51,699 nucleotides of DNA from an uncultured Pseudomonadales bacterium (GCA_964544755.1 CAZJDL010000006.1:1-51699), one strand, 5' to 3'. Shown: positions 10,779 through 20,920, counted from the stretch's first letter. The notes: a model not told the origin generated them from the letters alone. Numbers and translations are program-made.

Positions 10779-11243
10779 TTAATCCCGGCTGCGAATCACA
10801 ACGGTTTTCGCCATCTTGTCATGCCAGCCCTGCTTGCGTTTGTCGAAGGCTATCCACAAAAAGCCCAGCCCCAGCGGTAGCGAAGAAACGAAATAACCCA
10901 AATAGCGAATAAGCAGTTGCTTGTTGCTGGCCTTACCCAAGGTGTCGGCGTCCACGATGCTGGCGTTGACCAACATTTTCCCTGGCGTCGCGGCGAAATA
11001 ATACCAAAACGCCAGTACCGCTGCGGTGGGGAACACATAGTTGATGAACACATCCCAAATGCCGAGTACGGCGAACTGCTCGGCAGAGCCTTGCCATGCT
11101 CCAATGCCGTAAATGGCCATCATGGTTGGCACAACAACGAGCATGAGCGCCAGTGTATCAACCAAACTGGCCAACACACGCGAACCGAAGCCGACGTAGT
11201 CGTCGAGCGCGAGTTGTTCGATGGCTTGATCAATGTGATTCAA
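10779..11243 (-). CDS. RDD family protein
   Basis: [25 protein letters not shown]. Confidence 0.9.
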   Translation of the reverse strand: MNHIDQAIEQLALDDYVGFGSRVLASLVDTLALMLVVVPTMMAIYGIGAWQGSAEQFAVLGIWDVFINYVFPTAAVLAFWYYFAATPGKMLVNASIVDADTLGKASNKQLLIRYLGYFVSSLPLGLGFLWIAFDKRKQGWHDKMAKTVVIRSRD

Positions 11244-11419
11244 TATTGCCTGCCCAGACTTAAGTCCTGTCCCCGATAATAGCGCAACCCTACTGCGAAT
11301 GCATTGACCAGCGCGACCGCTGATGCCGGGCTGTTTAGGTGCCAGCAGGCTAAATTTATGAGTTGCGTGATGATTGGCGGAAGCGCCAGGAATCAGACCG
11401 GCTGTAAGTGGCAGCCGCC

Positions 11420-12610
11420 TTATTTGAAAACCGCTTCCGGAGTGCTATCGAAGTCCTTCTCCAGCGTGTTGATGGTGATACGCATGATTTCGCGGAATAC
11501 CTTGTCCCGGTCTTCATTGGCGACGATGGGGATACTGGCGCGGTCGGCTTCGGCGAGAAGATAGGACTGTAAGTCCCAGATTTCGTCGAAAGACTCCAGA
11601 TAACGATCGGCGCGGCGTTGCCGCACACGGCTACCCCGGCCCTGCAGTCTTTGCTGCAGCACTTTGCGCTTTAACACAGCCAACATGACGGGGATCACCG
11701 TGGCATCCTCGCCGGGTTTCAGTTGTTTCACAATGCTTGGTTGCACATGCACCCCTTCCACCACCAGGGAGACCTTTTCCCGCTGGGTACGCGCGATAAC
11801 CGCCTCGATGGCAGTCGAGAGCAAGTCGGCCTGGCTACAGTAGCCCCTGACCAGCAACGATTCCGGCACTTCACGCGGTTTTCCCTGCTGGCCGCGTAAG
11901 GCCTGCCAGGCGGTAAAAGACGATTTATGCAATACTGGCAGCAGTCGCTCGGGTAGCATCGTGCGCATGACTTCGCGCAGCATGTCGGTTGACTGCGTGC
12001 GCACAATGTCGAGACGGCTGGCCAACATGGTGGCGACCGAACTTTTACCACAACCGGCAGTGCCGCCGATCAAGAATATAAGCGACCGGCCGCTGTCGAC
12101 GAAGTCTCGCCAGATCAGCCAGCGTTTTGCCACTGCCGGACCCAGGTCGCGCGATTGGCGCAGATAGCGATAAGTCAGCCGAGAAAGACGCCGCGATGTG
12201 AGCTGTTCAATGCGCCGGTCAACAAGGTGTTTGTGTAACGTGGTCACAAAACGAGCAGCCTCGTCGCTTGCCAGGCCGATAGTCTCCAGGCCGCTCCGGT
12301 ATTGAAGCCGCGAGAACGGCACTAACTCGCCGTCGCGCTGTTGCACTTGAACGACATGGGGTTGGTCTTGTTGCTCGAAGCGGACGACGATACTATCTTT
12401 CTTGGCGTTCTTTAAGTGCGCAACGACCATGCGATGCAGGTCAGCGGTCGTGACCAGTGCTTTATCACCGATAGCAGAACGTATTTCGGTTGCTAATTGA
12501 AAAGCATCTTCGAAGGCCAAGCCTGCATCTTGCAATGAACGTGTCAGGATGCCCCGCAGAAAAGGCACTTTTGTGTGTTCATCCTGATCTTCCACGAGTA
12601 TTTTTGCCAT
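11420..12610 (-). CDS. 2-phosphoglycerate kinase-like P-loop kinase with two ATP-cone-like N-terminal repeats
   Basis: VPFLRGILTRSL / VPFSRLQYRSGL repeats; IGGTAGCGKS Walker A; STDMLREVMR, LHKSSF, VVEGVH motifs of Pgk2-type kinases. Confidence 0.75.
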   Translation of the reverse strand: MAKILVEDQDEHTKVPFLRGILTRSLQDAGLAFEDAFQLATEIRSAIGDKALVTTADLHRMVVAHLKNAKKDSIVVRFEQQDQPHVVQVQQRDGELVPFSRLQYRSGLETIGLASDEAARFVTTLHKHLVDRRIEQLTSRRLSRLTYRYLRQSRDLGPAVAKRWLIWRDFVDSGRSLIFLIGGTAGCGKSSVATMLASRLDIVRTQSTDMLREVMRTMLPERLLPVLHKSSFTAWQALRGQQGKPREVPESLLVRGYCSQADLLSTAIEAVIARTQREKVSLVVEGVHVQPSIVKQLKPGEDATVIPVMLAVLKRKVLQQRLQGRGSRVRQRRADRYLESFDEIWDLQSYLLAEADRASIPIVANEDRDKVFREIMRITINTLEKDFDSTPEAVFK

Positions 12611-12696
12611 GGATCTCCCTGTGTACGGATAGTTTGCGTGCCGGTCGGGTTTACTGGTTGTTATTGCTGCCAGGACATCAAAGCGATGGGTGTATT

Positions 12697-12881
12697 ATCC
12701 TAGAAACCGCAGTTGGATCACGAAAGTATGCACAAGCTCTTAATGCACCTGGAAAATTCGAAAAAGCTCTCATCACCAATAAGGTGACCACGAGTTTTTC
12801 GAATCTCCCATGCACATCAAGCTTTTTCATACGAATCAAGAGGCGCACATCTTTTTCGCGCCCAACTGCGGTTTCTAGGAT
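12697..12881. mobile_element. 185-bp palindromic MITE-like non-autonomous element
   Basis: Perfect 20-bp TIRs ATCCTAGAAACCGCAGTTGG (12697-12716 / 12862-12881), flanking TATT direct repeat (12693-96, 12882-85), internal hairpin TTCGAAAAAGCTC..TCACC-aataa-GGTGA..GAGTTTTTCGAA; partial copies at 4361, 5850 and 34861. Confidence 0.85.
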
Positions 12882-13531
12882 TATTCGTCGCTTGTGGCAG
12901 AAAAATCATACGGTATCTTGATTACGCTGCTGCGCACAAATCCGGAATGCACTCCCAGTTCGTTGTAACGTACACAGTTGCCGCCATCAAATAGCAATTT
13001 GCCGATATAGCGGTGTGATATTTTGTGTTTGAGGTGGTCGGCATAGTTCAGATTCAGAAAAGAGCAGATCAGCCCTCTGATGACGCCGGCATGGACGACA
13101 ATGAGAACAGTTTGCCGAGGATGTGCTGCGGCCACGGCGGAAATGAACTGCACGCTACGCCGTTGCATCTGGCGGAAACTCTCGCCGTCAGGATATACCA
13201 GGTCCGGGTCTTTTTTGTGTTTTGGGTAGTGCTCGGCCACCCACTTCTTTTTCTTCTTGAACAGTTTCCCGTAGTTCACCTCGTTTAGTGCGGCAGAAGT
13301 GTGGATCACGTTGATCCCCCGGCGCAGGGCATAGAACAGTGCGGTTTGCCGGGCCCGTTCCAGGTCGCTGGAGTAGACGGCGTCGAAGTCGAAGGCGCGC
13401 TTGCGCATGCGGGCATCCACGAAATCGACATCGGCGCGCCAGCCGCTGTGGCGAGGCGAGTCGCCCCAGCCCATAATCTCGTCCGCCGCGTTATTCAGCG
13501 TTTTGTAGTGTCTGGTGATAATCGCACGCAT
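12881..13531 (-). CDS. Histidine phosphatase / phosphoglycerate mutase family protein
   Basis: ITRHYKT (RHxxT), YSSDLERARQTA, LNEVNYG, PDGES, VVHAGVI. ATG at 13531; the longer ORF overlaps parA. Confidence 0.88.
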   Translation of the reverse strand: MRAIITRHYKTLNNAADEIMGWGDSPRHSGWRADVDFVDARMRKRAFDFDAVYSSDLERARQTALFYALRRGINVIHTSAALNEVNYGKLFKKKKKWVAEHYPKHKKDPDLVYPDGESFRQMQRRSVQFISAVAAAHPRQTVLIVVHAGVIRGLICSFLNLNYADHLKHKISHRYIGKLLFDGGNCVRYNELGVHSGFVRSSVIKIPYDFSATSDE

Positions 13532-13616
13532 TCCGCAAGCTACCAGTTTATTGTGAGGTTGTAAAAAGCCAAGCGGCTTATATTCGCGCCATGCCTGCCC
13601 GCTCGGCGCAATGGGA

Positions 13617-14363
13617 TTATGCGGCGAGTCTTGCCTTGATCTCTGCCCACAAGGCTTGGTAACAAAGTTGGGCGCGGCTGCCGGGTGCAAAATCGCCAAG
13701 CGGCGCACGATGGATGCCCATCCGTTCTACTTGACTGCTATAGGGAATGCGGGTTTCCAGCAAGCCTACCATGTAGTCCGGTGGGATATCGACGATTGCA
13801 CGCTGCAACTGCTTGCGCCGGTCGACCATATTGAAGAAGGGTAGCAGTTTGAGGCTATTAATTTTCTCCTTTTTGAAAAATTTGGCAACCTGCTGATAGG
13901 TGCGAAGCGACAGGGTGGTCGGTATGGTGGGCAGCAGCAAGGCGTCTGCCGCCGCGAACACATTCTCCGATGTGAGCGAGATACTCGGCGGGCAGTCGAG
14001 GAATACATACGCATATTCATTTTTAAAGGGCCGCAGCAACTTGCGCAGTTGCTGGGCTGGTTTTTTTCCGTGTTGCAGGAAGATGTCCATATTGCGATAG
14101 GAAAAATCTGCTGGCAAGAGGTCGAGGCATTCGAAGTCGGTGCCGTGGATAAAATCGTCCAGGTCTCTCTTGCCGCGCACCAGGCGTTTACCGCCGCCTT
14201 TGATTTTCGGTTTTATTCGAAAGTAATAGCTGGCGGCGGCCTGCGGGTCGAGGTCCCAGACCAACGTGGGCGCGCCTTCGCTGGCCGCTAGGTAGGCCAG
14301 GTTAATCGCGGTGGCCGTTTTACCTACGCCGCCCTTGATGTTATACGTGGCGATGACTTTCAT
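13617..14363 (-). CDS. Orphan ParA/Soj family ATPase
   Basis: KGGVGKT deviant Walker A, DLDPQ, LDCPPS; no parB; start overlaps the CHAD stop (ATGA). Confidence 0.92.
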   Translation of the reverse strand: MKVIATYNIKGGVGKTATAINLAYLAASEGAPTLVWDLDPQAAASYYFRIKPKIKGGGKRLVRGKRDLDDFIHGTDFECLDLLPADFSYRNMDIFLQHGKKPAQQLRKLLRPFKNEYAYVFLDCPPSISLTSENVFAAADALLLPTIPTTLSLRTYQQVAKFFKKEKINSLKLLPFFNMVDRRKQLQRAIVDIPPDYMVGLLETRIPYSSQVERMGIHRAPLGDFAPGSRAQLCYQALWAEIKARLAA

Positions 14364-15931
14364 AGTTCCTTTCCCTGATTTTCGGCCTGGTGCGTGGCAA
14401 ACAGCTCGCGGAAGCGGGCGCGGTTTTCCGGCCGGGAAAACTGCCTGAATCTGCCTGCAAATTCACGCCGCGCGTGCTGCTGGCGTCGTTCCAGGCCTTC
14501 GATCAGCATACCCATCGCCAGCAGTGTTGCGGCGGGCGTCGCGAGTTGCACCACCATTCGCTGGCTGTACTGCTGCAGCGCCGTTACCTGCACGTGGTAG
14601 TCCTGCAAGTCACCCAGGTTGACTTGCAGCGTTTTGAGCGCTTTTATGAGCTTCTTGATCTGTACCGGCGGAAACAGGCTTTGAAAGAACTCCATCAAAT
14701 AACGCAGCTTCTTGCCGCTCTTGCGCAGTTCATGCAGTGCTTCTGCCGGTGTGTCAGATTCTATCGCCCGGCCTTCCTTAATAACACGCCGGTAGGTTCG
14801 CCAGATGCGTTCACGGGCCAGGTCGAGGGTGGGTCGACGGGCGTTTTGCAGCGTGGAGCGTTCGCTTACTGGCGTATCCAAAAACTGGCGCCAGCCCTTA
14901 ACCAGCTGACGATAGCGAGCCGACTGTAGCACTTTTTGCAGCGCCTTGTGCTCGATTTGCCGTTGCCTGCCGAGAAAATCGCGCAGCGGCTCGATATCGG
15001 TGCGTACCGAGTCGAGCAGGCTGCCTTGATAGTCGTCGAATTTCAACAGCCAGACATCAAGGTCGCGCAACGGGCTGCTTACCTGGCCGAGCCAGGCAAA
15101 CTCGGCCCTATAGCGCTTGAGTATGCGTAGCGGTAATACCCCTTTGATCTGACCCAGCGCTGTACGGGTACGGCGTACTGCAACGCGAAAATCGTGTAGA
15201 AACTCGGTGTCTGTTCCTTTCAGAGTGCCGGTTTCATTGGCGACCATGACGTCAAGCAGTCGACGCAGAATGATTCGGCTTGTCTGGTCGGCGCGCCGCT
15301 CAGGTTGCAGTCGCAGGTTCAGTTTGGAGGAGTAATCACCCGGCGTAAGTCCGACCAATGCCAGCGCCGTCAGCACGGGATCCTCGGTTGTCGCCAGCAG
15401 GCCTATGTTTTCCAGTGTGTTGACGATTTTCGCGCAGGATTTTTGATAGCCCTTGATCGGCAGCACGATGACCCGATTGCCCAGCCGGTACGTCTTGCCG
15501 CCTTTGCGGCGTTGTACGGCGTTCTCCTCGATCAACAGGTGGACAACGGTTTTATCAATCTTATTGAGCACGCGCAGGACATGTGTCTTGCTTACAATCT
15601 GACACAGTGGAGTCAGTGCGCGCATTTCCAGCACGGGCTCAAGCTGCGCACGAAAAGGCCCTGCGGGAAGATCCCATACAAAGCGGGCAGGGGTCGACAA
15701 GACGATCTGCGCCTTGTTATCACTGCCGCCCAGGTCGCGCCGGATCAGTGTGTGTTTCTTGTTGTCTTGCTGTTCTTCCAGAACGGAGTTATTCGCATGT
15801 AGACGCCAGTCGAAAGTGTCGTAATAAATGCGCTGCACTATCCGCGGTGGTTGTGCAATCAAGCGGGTATTTTTCCGCAAGTTGGCCACTAGTTCATTGC
15901 TAGTGACCTGATCGGGAATAATGTATTGCAA
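14360..15931 (-). CDS. CHAD domain protein with CYTH-like N-terminal region (putative polyP-binding protein)
   Basis: YYDTFDWRL N-terminal motif; CHAD motifs DTEFLHDFRVAVRR, LRDLDV, LHELRKSGKKLRY..EFF, LGDLQD. Start uncertain (TTG 15931; ORF open to 16051). Confidence 0.88.
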   Translation of the reverse strand: MQYIIPDQVTSNELVANLRKNTRLIAQPPRIVQRIYYDTFDWRLHANNSVLEEQQDNKKHTLIRRDLGGSDNKAQIVLSTPARFVWDLPAGPFRAQLEPVLEMRALTPLCQIVSKTHVLRVLNKIDKTVVHLLIEENAVQRRKGGKTYRLGNRVIVLPIKGYQKSCAKIVNTLENIGLLATTEDPVLTALALVGLTPGDYSSKLNLRLQPERRADQTSRIILRRLLDVMVANETGTLKGTDTEFLHDFRVAVRRTRTALGQIKGVLPLRILKRYRAEFAWLGQVSSPLRDLDVWLLKFDDYQGSLLDSVRTDIEPLRDFLGRQRQIEHKALQKVLQSARYRQLVKGWRQFLDTPVSERSTLQNARRPTLDLARERIWRTYRRVIKEGRAIESDTPAEALHELRKSGKKLRYLMEFFQSLFPPVQIKKLIKALKTLQVNLGDLQDYHVQVTALQQYSQRMVVQLATPAATLLAMGMLIEGLERRQQHARREFAGRFRQFSRPENRARFRELFATHQAENQGKEL

Positions 15932-16200
15932 CCGTGTTCTGTGCGCAGCGCTCACGACCAGCCTATAGAAAGAAAAAGCGCAAGTAAATATCGACGGGCG
16001 CCAAGCGGTGAACCATTGCCGCCGACGCAGGCGCCCAGCACCGGTGACCACCGCAAGGGTATGAGATTCTCCGCGCCGCCTAAGGTCGGCGCCATTGATC
16101 TGATCATTCTGGGATAATGGGAGTCATGGTTGCTTAAACGCCTTTCAGTAGGCGGTATCTTGATAGCTGAGCTGTCAATTGTAATGCAAAGGTCGCCGTT

Positions 16201-17988
16201 CTATGCAGCTTCTTCGATCACTTGCAGGGGGTGCACCGCTTTGGCGATGCGTCTTGAGAAATAATAAATGCGCTTGAGCTTCTCGATAATGTCCATCTCT
16301 ATGGTGTAGTCGGCCAGCCGGTTCGGTTCTTGCGCTACCAGCCGCTGGTTCTCATGCATGGCGGCTGATTCCATCAATTGGTTGATTTCTGTTTTCATGT
16401 CGATAACGCTGCGCGCCGATTGCTGGTCATTCAGCATTAAGGCGAGTAGAGCCTGGTCTGCTGTGGTTGCTATGACGCTATGAAGATTCTTAAACACTGC
16501 CTGGGTGGGCTCGCTGATGGCTACACTTTCTTCGATGCATTTCAAGCCAAGCGCGGCCAGGTCTGTTTCGATGACGTCGCCGATATTCTCCAAATCGTTG
16601 CTGGCAGCCAAGAGCTTGGTCAGTGCACTGGTTTGCTCTTCGGTCAGTGCCCTGCGGCTGATGTGGCCGAGATAGGTCACGATATGGCCGTGCAGCGTAT
16701 CAACCTTATCATCAATCTCGCGAACCTCCCGCAGCGCCTCGCGGTCGGCAGACAGGATAGCCGGCATAATTTTCTGCAGCATCTCTTGCACGTGTTCGCC
16801 CATATGGCGGAGTTCGAGACGCACCTGCTGTAGCGCAAGCGATGGTGTGTCGAGCAGTTCCTCGCTAAGATATCTGGGTTTGGTCATCACCACTTCTTCG
16901 ATCGGCTTGTCTGGCACCAGCTTTTCCACCAGCCGCGCCAGCTGGCCGGCGAAGCCGATAAAGATCAAGGTGTTGGCGATGTTAAAGGCTGTATGCGCGT
17001 TGGCGATCTGGCGCGGCACTTCGGCGGCCAGCCGATCGATGCCGGAAAGGTTGGCATGTGTCGGTGAAAACACGGTGACGAATTGTGCCAGGTAGGGAAT
17101 CAAACCGATCCAGAGCAGTACGCCGAAGACGTTAAACAGGACGTGCGCCATGGCAGCGCGGACGGCCTCCCTGGGTTTGCCGATGGAGGCGAGAATGGCG
17201 GTAACGCAGCTGCCGATATTGGCGCCGAGGGCGAGCGCGATCCCGGCCGGCAATGTAATGAAACCCTGCGACGCCATCACAATCACGATGCCGGTGGTCG
17301 CCGACGAGGACTGTACCAGCCCGGTAAAAGCCGCCGCAACCAGAATGCCTATCATCGGGTTTTCCATGCTGGTCATCAGGTCCAGGAATGGTTGGTAACT
17401 GCGCAGTGGCGCCATGGCTTCACTCATGACGCTCATGCCGAAGAAAATCATGCCCAGGCCCATCAGCAGGGCGCCGTAGTGTTTGATTTTTTCTCGTTTA
17501 GCGATGAACAGCATGCCAAAGCCGGCTGCAATCATCGGCAATGCCGCCTTGGTCACCTTGAAGGCGACAATCTGTGCGGTGATGGTGGTGCCGATATTGG
17601 CGCCCATGATAACGCCGATCGACTGCGACATAGACATCAGGCCGGCCGTAATGAAACCCACGACCAATACGGTCGTAACCGACGAAGATTGAATCACGGC
17701 GGTGACGAAGGCGCCGGTCGCGGCACCCATAAAGCGGTTGCTGGTCAGCCTTGCGAGGATAATGCGCATGCGTTCGCCGGCGGCTGCCTTCAGCGCCTCG
17801 GCCATTTGCTCCATGCCGAACAGAAATAGGGCCAGGCCGCCAGCCAGCTGCATGCCCATGTCCCACCAGGGCATTTCTGTTTCCGTGGCAACGGCAGCCG
17901 CAGCCGGCACTGCCAGTACGGCGCACAGCAACAGCGGCGCCAGCGGTGTATTCTGTGCCGCACCGAGCAGGGTGGGCCGCCTTCTCAT
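16201..17988 (-). CDS. Na+/Pi cotransporter family protein (NptA/YjbB-like) with C-terminal PhoU-like domain
   Basis: Two QSSS..GANIG repeats, GGLALFLFGM, DLENIGD. Confidence 0.92.
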   Translation of the reverse strand: MRRRPTLLGAAQNTPLAPLLLCAVLAVPAAAAVATETEMPWWDMGMQLAGGLALFLFGMEQMAEALKAAAGERMRIILARLTSNRFMGAATGAFVTAVIQSSSVTTVLVVGFITAGLMSMSQSIGVIMGANIGTTITAQIVAFKVTKAALPMIAAGFGMLFIAKREKIKHYGALLMGLGMIFFGMSVMSEAMAPLRSYQPFLDLMTSMENPMIGILVAAAFTGLVQSSSATTGIVIVMASQGFITLPAGIALALGANIGSCVTAILASIGKPREAVRAAMAHVLFNVFGVLLWIGLIPYLAQFVTVFSPTHANLSGIDRLAAEVPRQIANAHTAFNIANTLIFIGFAGQLARLVEKLVPDKPIEEVVMTKPRYLSEELLDTPSLALQQVRLELRHMGEHVQEMLQKIMPAILSADREALREVREIDDKVDTLHGHIVTYLGHISRRALTEEQTSALTKLLAASNDLENIGDVIETDLAALGLKCIEESVAISEPTQAVFKNLHSVIATTADQALLALMLNDQQSARSVIDMKTEINQLMESAAMHENQRLVAQEPNRLADYTIEMDIIEKLKRIYYFSRRIAKAVHPLQVIEEAA

Positions 17989-18485
17989 TTTGGCTCCCCC
18001 TTATCGCGCTGTTGGTCTTTCCTTGTCTTGACGACTAGCACAGAGATCGGTGCCAGGCGCACGACTTGTTCGGTCTTTGCTCCCAGCAACAAGCGCGGCA
18101 GCCCGGTGCGTCCCAGACTCCCCATGACGATGAGCCGGGCGTTGATCTTTGCCGCTACTTCGAGAATCCGGTTAACCGGTAAGCCAACCACCAGCATGGG
18201 CGTTGCCTTTTTCAGAGTGGCACGTGTAGGGTGTTTTTCCTGCATCTTTCGCATGAAGTCATTCAGCATATCTCTGGCGACGTCTTCCAGCCGGTTCAAC
18301 AGCTTCTTGCTGCCTTGCAGCTCATAATAGCCGGGCGCCTCAGCCAGATCGTGGGCGACGTGCAGCACGGTAAGTGACGCATCCATCGTTTCGGCCATTT
18401 CAATTGCAGCAACCAAAGCGGCTTCCGAGTGTGGTGAAAAATCTATGGGGACCAGCACTGGGCGGGTATCTTTGCGGGCCGCCAT
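17985..18485 (-). CDS. Universal stress protein
   Basis: VLVPIDFS, LIVMGSLGRTG..LLG..EQVVRLAPISVLVV. Confidence 0.92.
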   Translation of the reverse strand: MAARKDTRPVLVPIDFSPHSEAALVAAIEMAETMDASLTVLHVAHDLAEAPGYYELQGSKKLLNRLEDVARDMLNDFMRKMQEKHPTRATLKKATPMLVVGLPVNRILEVAAKINARLIVMGSLGRTGLPRLLLGAKTEQVVRLAPISVLVVKTRKDQQRDKGEPK

Positions 18486-18637
18486 TTTGGACTCCTTTGA
18501 GGCAACAACGCCGCAAATTTTCGTCAGTCAACCAGCCGCACTCTCCGCCAACCGGCTAGGCTCGGTTAAGGCGCGATGCGGTAAACAACGGGTTCTGCGG
18601 CCAGGCCAAGCCTGGCATTGGTGTTTAACCGCTGCAA

Positions 18638-20920
18638 TCAGCCGTTGTTCTTCAGGCGATTGTGAAAATGATTGAGCAGTTTCCTGCGCAGCTTCGACTG
18701 CCGGTGCTTGCTTGCTGCCGTCATACGTTTGTGCGCCAGCTCGATGAAGGTTTCCTGTGGGCCGAACGCTTTTTTTCCTGTTACTGCCTGCCGTTCAACA
18801 TAACTTCCATCCGACTGCATTTCCCACACATGGCGCTGGCTGGAAAGCTGCACATCGAGTATCAGGCGCAGCTCTTGTTGGAGCTTGTCATTTTCTACCG
18901 GAGCGACAACTTCCACTCGGCTTTCAAGGTTGCGTTTCATCAGGTCCGCCGAGCCGATGAAATATTCTTCAGTGCCGGCGTTCTTGAAATAGTAGATGCG
19001 TGCATGTTCGAGGAAGCGCCCTACGACGCTGATCACTCTGACACTTTCGGTCAGCCCGGGAATGCCCGGGCGCAGGCGGCAGGTGTCGCGCACGATAAGA
19101 TCGACGCTAACGCCGGCCGTGGCGGCGCGATACAAGGCCTTGGTGATATCCACGTCTTCAAGGGCGTTCATCTTGAGCTGGATAAGACCGGGCGACTGTT
19201 TCGAGTGCAGCTTGATCTCGCGGTCAATTTTCTCGATCAGGGCCTTCTTCAGGGTAAAGGGCGAGGTCAGTAACTTGCGGTAACGCGGCGATGGTGAATA
19301 GCCGGTAAGCGCGTTGAACAGTTCGGTCAGGTCCTGGGCGATGGCTTTATCATTGGTCAACATGCCAAGGTCACTGTACAGATGCGCCGTGCCGGCATGG
19401 TAATTACCGGTGCCAATGTGGACATAACGTTGCAGGCCGGCGTAGTCTTTGCGCACCACCAGAATAACCTTGCTGTGGGTCTTCAAGCCGACGACACCAT
19501 ACGTGACATGAATGCCGGCCTGTTCCAGCCGCCGCGCCCAGCCAATATTGGCGGCCTCGTCGAAGCGGGCTTTCAATTCGATCAGCACGGCCACCTGCTT
19601 GCCGTTACGCGCAGCCTCGACTAGCGAATGAATGATGTTGCCCTTAGCCGATGTTCGGTACAAAGTCATCTTGATGGCATGTACCTTGGGGTCTTCGCTG
19701 GCCGTGCGCAGGAAGCGTTCCACGCTGCTGCTGAAAGACTCGTACGGATGCTGCAGCAGCAGTGCTCCGCGTTCCCGAATGATATGGAAAATATTGCGCG
19801 AATCATGCGCCAGCCGGGTGTGGTCGATGGCATTGTGTGGCACGTCGTGCAGGGCTGGAATATCCAGATCGGCGATTTCGAACAGGTCGCGCATGGCCAT
19901 CAGTGACCCGGTTTCGAATACGTCGGCGTCTTCGTCCAGGCCCAGTTCGGCGGCCAGCATACCGCGATGTTCCGCAGTCATTCCCGGTGCAACCTGCAGG
20001 CGTACGATGGGCGCAAAATGGCGGTCGCGCAGTTCCGATTCAATCATTGCCAGCAGGTCGTCCGCCTCTTCTTCCTCGACTTCGACATTGGCGTTGCGAG
20101 TCACCCGAAACAACTCGCAGGAAACAATCTCCATACCGGGAAACAGCAAATCGAGATTGTTGGTCAGCACATCGTTAAGGGCCACGAAAGTGTTGCTGGC
20201 GCCGACCCGCAGGAAGCGTGGCGCGATATCTTTCGCTACCGGCACTTTCAGCCGGGCAAGAAGGCTGCTGCTGCCACCCGGGTAGCGCAGCGACACCAGC
20301 AGGTTTAGCGTAAGGTTGGAAATAAACGGGAATGGATGCCCCGGATCCATGGCTAACGGGGTCAGCAACGGGAAGATATTGGCAATAAAGTGACTGCGCA
20401 GCGTATCTTGCTCCTGTTTCTTCAGATCGGCATAGTCAACGAGATTGATCCCCTCCGCTGCAAGCAAGCCGTGCAGCTCGTGAAAAGTCTGGTTTTGTTC
20501 TTTATGCAGCTCGCGCACCGCGGCCTGGCATTCCGTTACCTGTTGAAGGGGCGTGCGTCCGTCGATAGTGGGGGTGCGAATGCCGGCGGCGATTTGTTGT
20601 TTCAAACCGCCGATGCGCTTCATGAAGAACTCATCGAGGTTATTGCTGACGATGGCGATGAATTTGACCCGCTCCAGCAACGGTGTCTGCGGGTCGGCGG
20701 CCATATGCAGCACGCGCCGGTTAAATTCAAGCCAGGTCAGCTCGCGGTTGAGATACAGCTCTGGCGCATCGAGATCAAATTTCTTGTCCTTCGCCACGCG
20801 CGCACCGGGTTTTCTTTGATTGCGCCGCGCAACCGTGGCAGATTTCGGCGCCGAAGACCTGGCCTCGGTCGCTTCAGTGGTTGACTGTGGTTGTGGTGTG
20901 TCTGCTGCAGCCTTTTCCAT
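18638..20920 (-). CDS. ppk1: Polyphosphate kinase 1
   Basis: NRELTWLEFN, NLDEFFM, HPFPFISN, IKMTLYR, ELKARFDE..NI, KTHSK, GRFLEH, SADLM.RNL. Confidence 0.97.
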   Translation of the reverse strand: MEKAAADTPQPQSTTEATEARSSAPKSATVARRNQRKPGARVAKDKKFDLDAPELYLNRELTWLEFNRRVLHMAADPQTPLLERVKFIAIVSNNLDEFFMKRIGGLKQQIAAGIRTPTIDGRTPLQQVTECQAAVRELHKEQNQTFHELHGLLAAEGINLVDYADLKKQEQDTLRSHFIANIFPLLTPLAMDPGHPFPFISNLTLNLLVSLRYPGGSSSLLARLKVPVAKDIAPRFLRVGASNTFVALNDVLTNNLDLLFPGMEIVSCELFRVTRNANVEVEEEEADDLLAMIESELRDRHFAPIVRLQVAPGMTAEHRGMLAAELGLDEDADVFETGSLMAMRDLFEIADLDIPALHDVPHNAIDHTRLAHDSRNIFHIIRERGALLLQHPYESFSSSVERFLRTASEDPKVHAIKMTLYRTSAKGNIIHSLVEAARNGKQVAVLIELKARFDEAANIGWARRLEQAGIHVTYGVVGLKTHSKVILVVRKDYAGLQRYVHIGTGNYHAGTAHLYSDLGMLTNDKAIAQDLTELFNALTGYSPSPRYRKLLTSPFTLKKALIEKIDREIKLHSKQSPGLIQLKMNALEDVDITKALYRAATAGVSVDLIVRDTCRLRPGIPGLTESVRVISVVGRFLEHARIYYFKNAGTEEYFIGSADLMKRNLESRVEVVAPVENDKLQQELRLILDVQLSSQRHVWEMQSDGSYVERQAVTGKKAFGPQETFIELAHKRMTAASKHRQSKLRRKLLNHFHNRLKNNG

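Noticed and set aside
12490-12921. 143-aa + strand ORF sharing a peptide with the RodZ-like protein
   Set aside because: It is the open frame through the MITE and overlaps two real genes in antisense.
13617-14363. Chromosome/plasmid ParA or MinD
   Set aside because: No parB, parS, rep or minC/minE nearby, and no MinD-type C-terminal extension.
16095-16107. FNR-like TTGATCTGATCAT upstream of the CHAD gene
   Set aside because: Spacer is 3 nt rather than 4.
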